Source: Candidatus Limnocylindrales bacterium (lineage in GTDB: Bacteria; Chloroflexota; Limnocylindria; Limnocylindrales; CSP1-4). Taken from it: a stretch of 50,854 nucleotides of DNA. Positions 42,164 through 49,303 of the stretch are shown here, piece by piece. The notes beneath the pieces were generated by a model that made no database searches, was not told the origin of the DNA, and saw only the letters and a program-made list of their open reading frames with translations. Where the stretch lies: the NCBI GenBank assembly GCA_031292335.1, contig JARLHH010000075.1, positions 1 through 50,854 of the forward strand, given 5' to 3'. A program made the position numbers and the translations under genes. The number at the start of each line of letters is the position of its first letter. Position 1 is the stretch's first letter.

Positions 42164-42571
42164 ATGACCGATCGACCGATCAAGGTGCTCATCGCGAAGC
42201 CGGGCCTGGACGGCCACGATCGGGGAGCGAAGGTCCTGGCCCGCGGCCTGCGCGACGAGGGCTTCGAGGTCGTCTACACGGGGCTGCGCCAGACGCCGGA
42301 GATGATCGTCACGGCGGCGCTCCAGGAGGACGTGGACGTCGTCGGACTGTCGATCCTGTCCGGCGCCCACATGACGCTCCTGCCGCGGGTGACGCGCCTC
42401 ATGCACGAGCGGGGACTCGACGACGTGCTGGTGACTGCCGGCGGGATCATCCCCGATGACGACATCCCCGCCCTCCAGGAGGCCGGCGTCGCCGCGATCT
42501 TCGGGCCGGGCACCACCATCGCCGAGGTCGCCGAGTACATCCGGACCCACGTCCGGCCGACCGGGGCGTGA
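42164..42571 (+). CDS. methylmalonyl-CoA mutase family, small cobalamin-binding subunit
   Basis: 135 aa. [19 protein letters not shown] (DxHxxG), SILSGAH (SxL) and TAGGIIP (GG) motifs. Confidence 0.92.
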   Translation: MTDRPIKVLIAKPGLDGHDRGAKVLARGLRDEGFEVVYTGLRQTPEMIVTAALQEDVDVVGLSILSGAHMTLLPRVTRLMHERGLDDVLVTAGGIIPDDDIPALQEAGVAAIFGPGTTIAEVAEYIRTHVRPTGA

Positions 42572-43581
42572 GCGAGGACCGGATTCGCGGGGCCGAGCTG
42601 GCGGAGGCGGCTGTCGCCGGCGATCGCCGGGCGCTGGCGAAGCTGCTCACGGCGGTCGAGAACCGGACCGCGATCGCGGAAGCGGCCGTCCGGCGCCTCT
42701 ACCCGGGCGCGGGATCGGCGCACCTGGTCGGGATCACCGGCGCGCCCGGCGCCGGCAAGAGCACGCTCGTCGCGGCCCTGATCGCCGAGGCGCGCCTGGC
42801 CGGCCGCACGGTCGCGGTGGTGGCCGTCGACCCCTCGTCGCCGATCACCGGGGGTGCGCTCCTGGGCGACCGTGTCCGGATGCAGGCGTACGCGACCGAC
42901 GACGGCGTCTTCATCCGAAGCATGGCGTCACGGGGGCACGCGGGCGGCCTGGCGGCGACCAGCACGAGCGCGGCAACCGTGCTGGACGCGGCGGGGTTCG
43001 ACTTGGTGCTTCTCGAGACGGTCGGCACGGGCCAGAGTGAGGTGGAGGTGGCTGCCGCGGCCGACACGACTGTCGTCCTGGAGGCGCCCGACATGGGCGA
43101 CGAGGTCCAGGCGATCAAGGCCGGCCTGCTGGAGGTGGCGGACATCGTCGTGGTGAACAAAGGCGACCGGCCGGGCGCCCAGCGGACGGCCGCCCAGCTG
43201 CGAGCGATGCTGACGGTGACGCCGGCCCCGCGCCGGGCCGCAAGCTCGCTGGGCGAGGGGGATGACCACCCGGCACCGAAGCGGCCCGAGGTCCTGATCA
43301 CGACCGCCTCCACCGGCGACGGTGTCGCGGCGCTGCTGGCAGCGCTGGATCGGCACCGCGCGGCCGGCCGCGACGGGCTGGTCGATGCCGCACGCCTCGC
43401 CCGTGCGGAGGCGCAGGTCTGGGCAATCGTCTCCGAGCGGCTGCGGGATCGCTTCCACGGCGAGGCGTCCCGTCCGGCCACCGAGTCGACGCTGCGTGCG
43501 GTCGCGGAGCACCGGCTCGACCCGTACACGGCGGCGGATCGCCTCCTGGCCTCCCTGGTGGACCCCCGAACGCCGGCCTGA
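42568..43581 (+). CDS. meaB: methylmalonyl-CoA mutase-associated G-protein chaperone (MeaB/ArgK)
   Basis: 337 aa. P-loop [18 protein letters not shown] and VVNKGD GTPase motifs. GTG overlaps the stop of the B12 subunit gene (GTGA). Confidence 0.92.
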   Translation: MSEDRIRGAELAEAAVAGDRRALAKLLTAVENRTAIAEAAVRRLYPGAGSAHLVGITGAPGAGKSTLVAALIAEARLAGRTVAVVAVDPSSPITGGALLGDRVRMQAYATDDGVFIRSMASRGHAGGLAATSTSAATVLDAAGFDLVLLETVGTGQSEVEVAAAADTTVVLEAPDMGDEVQAIKAGLLEVADIVVVNKGDRPGAQRTAAQLRAMLTVTPAPRRAASSLGEGDDHPAPKRPEVLITTASTGDGVAALLAALDRHRAAGRDGLVDAARLARAEAQVWAIVSERLRDRFHGEASRPATESTLRAVAEHRLDPYTAADRLLASLVDPRTPA

Positions 43582-43649
43582 GCCGGGGAGTTCCGGCAGC
43601 AGGCAGGCTCGGGGCCGCCGGTGCGCTCCTGGCTCCGCGGACCGTCCAC

Positions 43650-43698
43650 GGGTGCGCGCTACGACCGCCGCTGGTCGCAGCGGTCGCCGGGTGCACGG
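43650..43698. repeat. palindromic intergenic element, compact hairpin copy
   Basis: GGTCGCAGCGGTCGCCGGGTGCACG (43673-43697) matches 38708-38732 apart from two substitutions. The left half, GGGTGCGCGCTACGACCG, resembles GGGTGACCACTGCGACCG. Lies between convergent genes. Confidence 0.5.
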
Positions 43699-43797
43699 CA
43701 GGCCCGACCCTGACCGCCGGCGACCCGGCCCGGAACGCGCCCGACCTGGCGCCGCCGCAGTCGGTGCCGTTCCCGAACGCTGAGCGGCCGCCCCTGC

Positions 43798-44811
43798 TCA
43801 GCCGCCGGCGATGCAGGCCTCGAGCTCGTGCACGAGGCCGGCCGGGGACGTGCCCGGGGAGACCCGGATCCGGGGTGCGGCGAACCGGTTGAACCAGTTG
43901 ACGCTGCATCCGCCGACTTCCGTGAACGCCATCGCATAGCCGGTGTCCGCGACGAGGCCCTGGTCGGTCGGGTCCTCGCCGCCGAACGGGTAGGCGAACG
44001 TCGTCGGGCGCTGCCCCGTCACCGAGGCGATCCGGGCCGCGGAGGCGGTGAGCTCGTAGCGCGCGACGAGCTCGTTCGCGGTGCTCAGGCGGACGTGGTT
44101 CACGGTGTGGCTCCCGATCTCCATCCCGGTGGAGGCGAGGCGCCGCCACTGGCTCGCCGTCAGCGAGCTGGAGTCGTTCACCCGGCCCGTGATCACGTAG
44201 AAGGTCGCCACGAGACCCAGCCGCTGCAGGATCGGGTAGGCCTGCGTGTACGCGTCACGCCGGCCGTCGTCGAAGGTGATGACGAACGTCCGGGCCGGCG
44301 GCTCCACCCCGGCGGCGAGGTCTGCCGCGAGCTGCGCGGCGGTGATCGACTGCCAGCCGGCCGCGACGAGTGTCTCCAGCTGGGCTTCGAACAGGTCGGG
44401 TGGTACCACGAGCCCCGGCAGCGAGGTGCCGACCTGGTCGGCGGGGGCCACGCGGTGGTACATCAGGACCGGGACGCGGAGGGTGAAGCCGGCCGGCGGC
44501 CCTGGCGCGTCCGCAGCGACAAGCGGCCACGTCGCCGTCGCGGTGCGACCCGGGGTCGGCGCCGGACTCGCGCTCGCCTCGGCGGGGACATCCGTCGCGG
44601 GGATGGATGGTTCGGCCGTCGTTTCCGCCGTGGCCGGCTGACCCGGCGTGGGATCGGCACTCCCCTGGAGCGCGGTTCCACCCGCGCCGGCCGGCAGCAT
44701 CACCGGGCCGGGCGCGACGGCGGCGCCGTAGCCGATCGCGGCACCGGCGCCAACCGACACGCCGAACACGGCGACGACGAGGACGGCGAAGAAGGGGCGC
44801 CGCAGGCGCAT
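43798..44811 (-). CDS. polysaccharide deacetylase family protein (membrane-anchored)
   Basis: 337 aa. N-terminal helix, Pro/Ala-rich linker, and NodB-type motifs FVITFDDGRRD and GSHTVNH. Confidence 0.85.
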   Translation of the reverse strand: MRLRRPFFAVLVVAVFGVSVGAGAAIGYGAAVAPGPVMLPAGAGGTALQGSADPTPGQPATAETTAEPSIPATDVPAEASASPAPTPGRTATATWPLVAADAPGPPAGFTLRVPVLMYHRVAPADQVGTSLPGLVVPPDLFEAQLETLVAAGWQSITAAQLAADLAAGVEPPARTFVITFDDGRRDAYTQAYPILQRLGLVATFYVITGRVNDSSSLTASQWRRLASTGMEIGSHTVNHVRLSTANELVARYELTASAARIASVTGQRPTTFAYPFGGEDPTDQGLVADTGYAMAFTEVGGCSVNWFNRFAAPRIRVSPGTSPAGLVHELEACIAGG

Positions 44812-45032
44812 CTTGCTCCCGAGGTTGTGTCGCGATCTCAGCGGGGCGCTCCGCGCGACGCGCTGCGGAGCATATCGCCGTGGCGCGTCGGCGCGTCATC
44901 GTTCTGCGTGAGATGGGGACGGCCCGGGCGTGAAGCGACGGCGGGCGGCCGCGCGACAGAGGGACCGTCAGCCGGCGGCGAGCTGCCACACGACAGGGGG
45001 GCCGCCACGCGACAGGGGATGGGCATCTTTGC

Positions 45033-45038
45033 TAGACT
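45033..45038 (+). promoter_or_regulatory. putative extended -10 TGCTAGACT, 10 nt before the tRNA-Lys 5' end
   Basis: Same TGC-TANNNT form as several protein-gene boxes. Confidence 0.4.
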
Positions 45039-45048
45039 CCGCCGTCGC

Positions 45049-45123
45049 GGGCCCGTAGCTCAACGGTAGAGCGGGGGACTCTTAATCCCTAGGTTCAGAG
45101 TTCGAATCTCTGCGGGCTCACCA
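45049..45123 (+). tRNA. tRNA-Lys (anticodon CTT), CCA encoded
   Basis: Hand-folded: acceptor GGGCCCG/CGGGCTC (one G-U pair), D arm GCTC-AACGGTA-GAGC, anticodon stem GGGGA/TCCCT with loop CTCTTAA, and T arm CAGAG-TTCGAAT-CTCTG. Confidence 0.9.
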
Positions 45124-45229
45124 CCGACCCGACCGTCCGCGATTCTCTCCAATCACGGCCTTTCAGGGCCCAGTCACGGCCCGCACGCCGTTCAGGTGGG
45201 GTTCATGCGGGTCGGGGAAGATGTGGGGC

Positions 45230-46444
45230 ATGACCGAATCCCAGCTCTCAGCAACCGAGCCCGTCGAGCTCGTCGAGCCGGACGCCGACGACGAGTCCTA
45301 CGACACCGAGACAGACGACGGCGACGGCCCCGGCGCGCGGCCCCGGCGGACCGTCCTGATCGTCGCGGTCGCGGCGCTCGTGCTCGCCCTCGTCGCCGTA
45401 GGGCTGTCGGCGGCGGCGTACCTCCGGCCGACCACCTCAAGCTGCGAATTGGCCGCGTGGAACTCCGTGCCGACGGCCGGCGAGCTCCCGACCGGCTGGA
45501 AGGTCACCGCGACCGACGTCTACCCCGACAACCAGACGACCACGATCACGGGACCGACCCCGGCCGATGGGTCGGCAGCAGTCACGATCTACGCGAGCGT
45601 GACGTGCTTCGGTGATCACGCCACCGACGCGATCGCACGATCCGAGCAGGCCTCGGAGGACGCCGGGCGGGCGGTCACGGCGATCGACGGCATCGGCGAC
45701 ACCGGGTACGCGATCGCCGGCGACACGTCCGGGGCGAGCGCCATCCAGTTCCGTCGCGGATCGCTGCTGGCGTACCTGGCCAGCTCCGGTGCGGTCAGCC
45801 AGCCGGACCTCCGCCAGGCAGGCTCCGCGGTCGATGCCGCGATCCGGCGCGCGCTGGGCGACGCCGGGGCGACCGCCGCTCCGATGGCGAGCGCCGGGGT
45901 GCCGCCGTCGGGATCGCCGTCGGGATCGCCGTCGGGTTCGCCCGAGCCTTCCGGACTCGCGTCGCCCCAGCCGTCCCAGGCCGCCGCCAGCCCGGCCGCG
46001 CCGGAGCTCGAGGCGCTCATGCCAACGCAGGTTTCCGGCACTGCGCTCTCCGTCCAGAGCGCCACCGGCGACCAGGTCCTCGGCACCGACGCCGCGAGCA
46101 AGGCCCTCACCTCGGCCCTGGCCAGCTTCGGCAAGAAGCCGGCCGACCTCGAGCTGGCGCAGGCCTACGACCCGACGAGCACGCTCGACGTGACGATCCT
46201 CGGCTTCCGGGTTCCGGGCCTCGCGGTCTCGCAGCTCGAGCCGGCCGTCCTGCAGACGTGGCTCTTCGCCGGGGCGACGGGCGTCACGACGAAGCAGACC
46301 ACCGTCAGCGGCGTCGCGGTCACCGAGGTCAGCTACAAGGGCGACACGTCCGTCTCGTATGTCGTCGTCCGCAAGGACGCCGTCCTCGTCGTCCAGTCGG
46401 CCAGCGCCGCGCTCGCGGCAGCGGCGGTCGCCGCGCTGCCGTGA
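45230..46444 (+). CDS. hypothetical membrane-anchored protein
   Basis: About 404 aa. Acidic N-terminus, one TM helix (VLIVAVAALVLALVAVGLSAAAYL) and an internal SGSPSGSPSGSP linker. High third-position GC. No family recognised. Confidence 0.55.
   Translation: MTESQLSATEPVELVEPDADDESYDTETDDGDGPGARPRRTVLIVAVAALVLALVAVGLSAAAYLRPTTSSCELAAWNSVPTAGELPTGWKVTATDVYPDNQTTTITGPTPADGSAAVTIYASVTCFGDHATDAIARSEQASEDAGRAVTAIDGIGDTGYAIAGDTSGASAIQFRRGSLLAYLASSGAVSQPDLRQAGSAVDAAIRRALGDAGATAAPMASAGVPPSGSPSGSPSGSPEPSGLASPQPSQAAASPAAPELEALMPTQVSGTALSVQSATGDQVLGTDAASKALTSALASFGKKPADLELAQAYDPTSTLDVTILGFRVPGLAVSQLEPAVLQTWLFAGATGVTTKQTTVSGVAVTEVSYKGDTSVSYVVVRKDAVLVVQSASAALAAAAVAALP
45907..45942 (+). repeat. in-frame 12-nt tandem repeat x3 (GTCGGGATCGCC) encoding SGSPSGSPSGSP
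   Basis: Seen directly inside CDS 45230..46444. Confidence 0.8.
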
Positions 46445-46941
46445 CCGGGAACGGCGCGCCGGTTCGCACCGAGCTCGAGCCGCCGAGCCCTGATCCGATC
46501 GCGGTTGGCTGGGAGGAGCTCGACGCGCTCGTCGCGCGGCTCGCCACGGCAATCGGCCGCGACTACGACCTCGTGCTGGCGATCACGCGCGGCGGCCTCG
46601 TGCCGGCCGGAATCCTCGCCTATCGTCTCGACCTGCGGGAGATCCTCGTCGCGGGGGTCGAGTTCTACACCGGCGACGGGGGAACGCACCCCGCGCCGCT
46701 CGTCACCCAGTTCCCGGCCGCGGACCTGCTCCGAGGCCGCCGCGTGCTCGTGATCGACGAGGTCTGGGAGACCGGCGAGACGATGGCCGAGGTCGTCCGG
46801 CGCGTACGGGAGGCCGGTGGGATCGTGACCACGGCGGTGATCCACTACAAGCCCGGGCGGTCGCGGGTGGCGCTGACGCCCGACCACTACGCCGCCCTCG
46901 CGCACGGCTGGGTGACCTATCCGTACAAGGCGGGCGGGTAG
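46441..46941 (+). CDS. phosphoribosyltransferase (purine PRT-like)
   Basis: 166 aa. PRPP-binding motif VLVIDEVWETGET. GTG overlaps the stop of the upstream gene (GTGA). Confidence 0.8.
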   Translation: MTGNGAPVRTELEPPSPDPIAVGWEELDALVARLATAIGRDYDLVLAITRGGLVPAGILAYRLDLREILVAGVEFYTGDGGTHPAPLVTQFPAADLLRGRRVLVIDEVWETGETMAEVVRRVREAGGIVTTAVIHYKPGRSRVALTPDHYAALAHGWVTYPYKAGG

Positions 46942-47012
46942 GCGGCCCTCGCGAGGCGCACAACGGCCGCGGCCGCCCCAAACCGTCCGGGCTCCGCGGC
47001 CGAACAGAGGGC

Positions 47013-47426
47013 ATGACGACCTTGAACGTGCCCCAGATCTCGTACGCAACCGGACCCTACGAGCCAGGCGCCTGCAACATCGGCCCGGCTGAGATCGCCC
47101 GGCGACGCCGGGCCGGGATCGCCGGCATCGCGGCGGCGATCGTGCTGGCGGCAGGCCTGTTCATCATCGGCGCCCCGCCCGTCGCGCGGATCGTGGTCGC
47201 GCTGCCGCTGTCGGTCGGCGCGATTGGTCTGCTCCAGGCCCGGTTCCACTTCTGCGTGGGCTTTGCGCTGGCGGGCCTCCGCAACTTCGGGCCACTCGGC
47301 GCGACGGAGCTGGTCACCGACCGTGCCGCACACCGGGCGGACCTGCGGCGCGCCGCCTTGGTCTCGCTGGCGTCGGCCGCGATCGGCGTCGCCGGGGCGG
47401 TCGTGCTGGCTCTGCTGCCCGGGTAG
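47013..47426 (+). CDS. hypothetical membrane protein
   Basis: 137 aa with three hydrophobic segments and conserved-looking Cys in GACNIG and HFCVGF. No family recognised. Confidence 0.5.
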   Translation: MTTLNVPQISYATGPYEPGACNIGPAEIARRRRAGIAGIAAAIVLAAGLFIIGAPPVARIVVALPLSVGAIGLLQARFHFCVGFALAGLRNFGPLGATELVTDRAAHRADLRRAALVSLASAAIGVAGAVVLALLPG

Positions 47427-47465
47427 GCGCGCGCCAGGCCGCGTCCCAGCTCCGCGGCCCGCTCC

Positions 47466-47732
47466 TCAGCGCGCGGTCGCGACGGATTCCGCGCGGGTGG
47501 CCGGCTGACCGCCATGGACCGGCTGGCCGCCATGGAGGGCCATCCCCAGCGCGATGAGGCAATGACCCACGAGGTGGCGGATCCCGAAGCGCAGCCCGGC
47601 CCGCCGGGTGCGGTTCGCCTCTCCGGCAAGGCGGTCCATCCGGAAGTCGATCTCTGTGCTCAGCGTGGTCATACCGTCCCTCGTGGAGATCGCGGCCATC
47701 GGCGGGGCGCCGAGCCGGTTCGTTGTGTGCAT
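47466..47732 (-). CDS. hypothetical small protein (88 aa) with His/Cys-containing C-terminal half
   Basis: ATG preceded by GGAGGG at about 9 nt. GC-rich third positions. RHLVGHCLIALGMALHGGQPVHGGQPA includes a tandem HGGQP(V/A) repeat. Confidence 0.5.
   Translation of the reverse strand: MHTTNRLGAPPMAAISTRDGMTTLSTEIDFRMDRLAGEANRTRRAGLRFGIRHLVGHCLIALGMALHGGQPVHGGQPATRAESVATAR
47501..47536 (-). repeat. in-frame 18-nt tandem repeat x2 encoding HGGQPV/HGGQPA
   Basis: CCGGCTGACCGCCATGGA and CCGGCTGGCCGCCATGGA (17 of 18 identical) inside small CDS 47466..47732. Confidence 0.8.
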
Positions 47733-47809
47733 CTCGTCGTCCCTCCGTTCGATTGACGTCTAACAGTCAGGTGCCGCCATTGGCCGGCCCATGATCGGGT
47801 GTGCGGCGC

Positions 47810-48931
47810 TCAGGCAGCCGGTCCGCCGACGAGGCGGTTGAGCTCGACCCCGGCCTCGGCGATCCGGTCGCGCCGGAGCGTGTAGTAGGTGAGCGCTCCG
47901 GATTGGGTGATCGTCACGAGGCCGGCAGCGCGGAGCTGGGCGAGGTGGTGGCTGACGGTGGGCTTGGAGAGCCCCATCCGCTCGGCGATCTCGGTCAGGT
48001 AGAGATCGCCCGAGGCGAGGAGGCGCAGGATCCGCAGGCGGCTCTCGTCGCCGAGCGCCTTGAAGAGACGGACGCTTGCGGCGGGCACGCCGCCGCTTTC
48101 TCCGTCGAGCGCGGAGTCCGCGAGCGGGTAGGCGAACATGGTCCACTCCCGCCCCGCGAAGACGTAGTTGTAGGGCCGCGTGAACAGGCTGGGGGAGAGG
48201 TACAGGCGTCGCGTGCCCGCCTCCGGCATCCAGCGGACGCCGCCCGTCGCCTGCTCGACGAAGCCGGCGAGGTCGAGGCGCTCGAGGTCCGCCCGCCGGC
48301 CGGCGACGTCGAGCTCCTCCACGTGGGCGACACGCGTCTCGACCTGTTCGAACCGTTCGCGCCAGGCGCGCAGGACGCGTCGCAGCGCGCGCAGCTCCGC
48401 ATCCGGGTCGTCGAGGATGCGGCCGATCATCGGCCGGTATTCCTCGGGCCAGAGATCCACGACCCGGTCCCGCTCGTCGCGCGATCCCCCAAGGACGCGG
48501 ATGGCACCCGCAACGGCGTCCTTCAGGTCGTCGCGGTCGCAGCAGGCGGCCACCAGGTCGCGCGCGCTGATGCGGCCGACCAGGGAGACGACATCCCCCG
48601 ACGATCGAACCGTCGGATCGGAGACCACGAGCGCGACGACCGCGGCCGCGGGGCCGTGCTCCGCCGCGAAGAGGCGGTCGAGATCGCGCCGAAGCGAGTC
48701 GGACAGGGATGCCCGCGAGGCGTCGAACCATTCGCGGTCCGCCGGGAGGAGCTCCGCGTCCGTGACGAGCATGAGGCTGACCAGGAAGTCGATCGCAGGG
48801 CGCGCCTCGAGGATCACCTCCGGCGCAGCGGGACGCGGGGGGCTCCCGGCGCCCGTCATGTCGCGCACGAGCGCCTGTCTGGACGGCGGTGACTCGAGGG
48901 TGTGCGTTGGTCGGACCATCAATGTTCCCAA
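47810..48931 (-). CDS. ArsR-family transcriptional regulator with long N-terminal domain (DUF5937-like architecture)
   Basis: C-terminal wHTH LGDESRLRILRLLASGDLYLTEIAERMGLSKPTVSHHLAQLRAAGLV preceded by about 270 aa of unknown function. Start is TTG 48931 or ATG 48919. Confidence 0.8.
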   Translation of the reverse strand: MGTLMVRPTHTLESPPSRQALVRDMTGAGSPPRPAAPEVILEARPAIDFLVSLMLVTDAELLPADREWFDASRASLSDSLRRDLDRLFAAEHGPAAAVVALVVSDPTVRSSGDVVSLVGRISARDLVAACCDRDDLKDAVAGAIRVLGGSRDERDRVVDLWPEEYRPMIGRILDDPDAELRALRRVLRAWRERFEQVETRVAHVEELDVAGRRADLERLDLAGFVEQATGGVRWMPEAGTRRLYLSPSLFTRPYNYVFAGREWTMFAYPLADSALDGESGGVPAASVRLFKALGDESRLRILRLLASGDLYLTEIAERMGLSKPTVSHHLAQLRAAGLVTITQSGALTYYTLRRDRIAEAGVELNRLVGGPAA

Positions 48932-48963
48932 CTCATCTACTTGATGTTAGATGAGAATCTAAC
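48932..48963. promoter_or_regulatory. A/T-rich overlapping palindromes CTCATCTA-n8-TAGATGAG and GTTAGAT-gaga-ATCTAAC upstream of the ArsR/long-N-terminal regulator
   Basis: Seen directly. This is the most A/T-rich patch in the window, immediately upstream of the regulator start, and a likely promoter/operator. Confidence 0.5.
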
Positions 48964-49030
48964 ACAGTCCCGGATTCCTGTCAACGGGGTGCGGGACGGC
49001 GGGCAGGCGCCCGTCGCCCGGGCCGCCGGC

Positions 49031-49147
49031 TGCACGTGCACCTGGTGACCACTGCGACCGGTGGGGACGTCGGGAACCGGCGAGATGCGCCGCAGCGTGC
49101 ACCCCTTGACCGCTGCGGTTCCAATCCCCGGTCACCCTGCGCACGGG
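49031..49147. repeat. palindromic intergenic element, partial or diverged copy
   Basis: GGTGACCACTGCGACCG (49044-49060) is identical to 38583-38599. GTCACCCTGCGCACGGG (49131-49147) differs at one base from 38628-38644. The two motifs occur in the same order and orientation. Confidence 0.55.
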
Positions 49148-49246
49148 ATACGCCGCTTGACCGCGGGCCGGTCGGTCGGGCGCGGCATTGGCGGCCAGGC
49201 GGCGCCGGGGAAGCGGATCGTCGGCCCTGCGAACGTGCGACGCCCG

Positions 49247-49252
49247 TACAAT
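49247..49252 (+). promoter_or_regulatory. putative -10 box TACAAT for the M16 peptidase operon (about 45-nt leader with GAGGA)
   Basis: Near-consensus hexamer 52 nt upstream of ATG 49304. Confidence 0.4.
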
Positions 49253-49303
49253 CGGCGGAACCGCTCGCCCCGCCGACCCTGGCCGTTCGCCACGAGGATC
49301 CGC

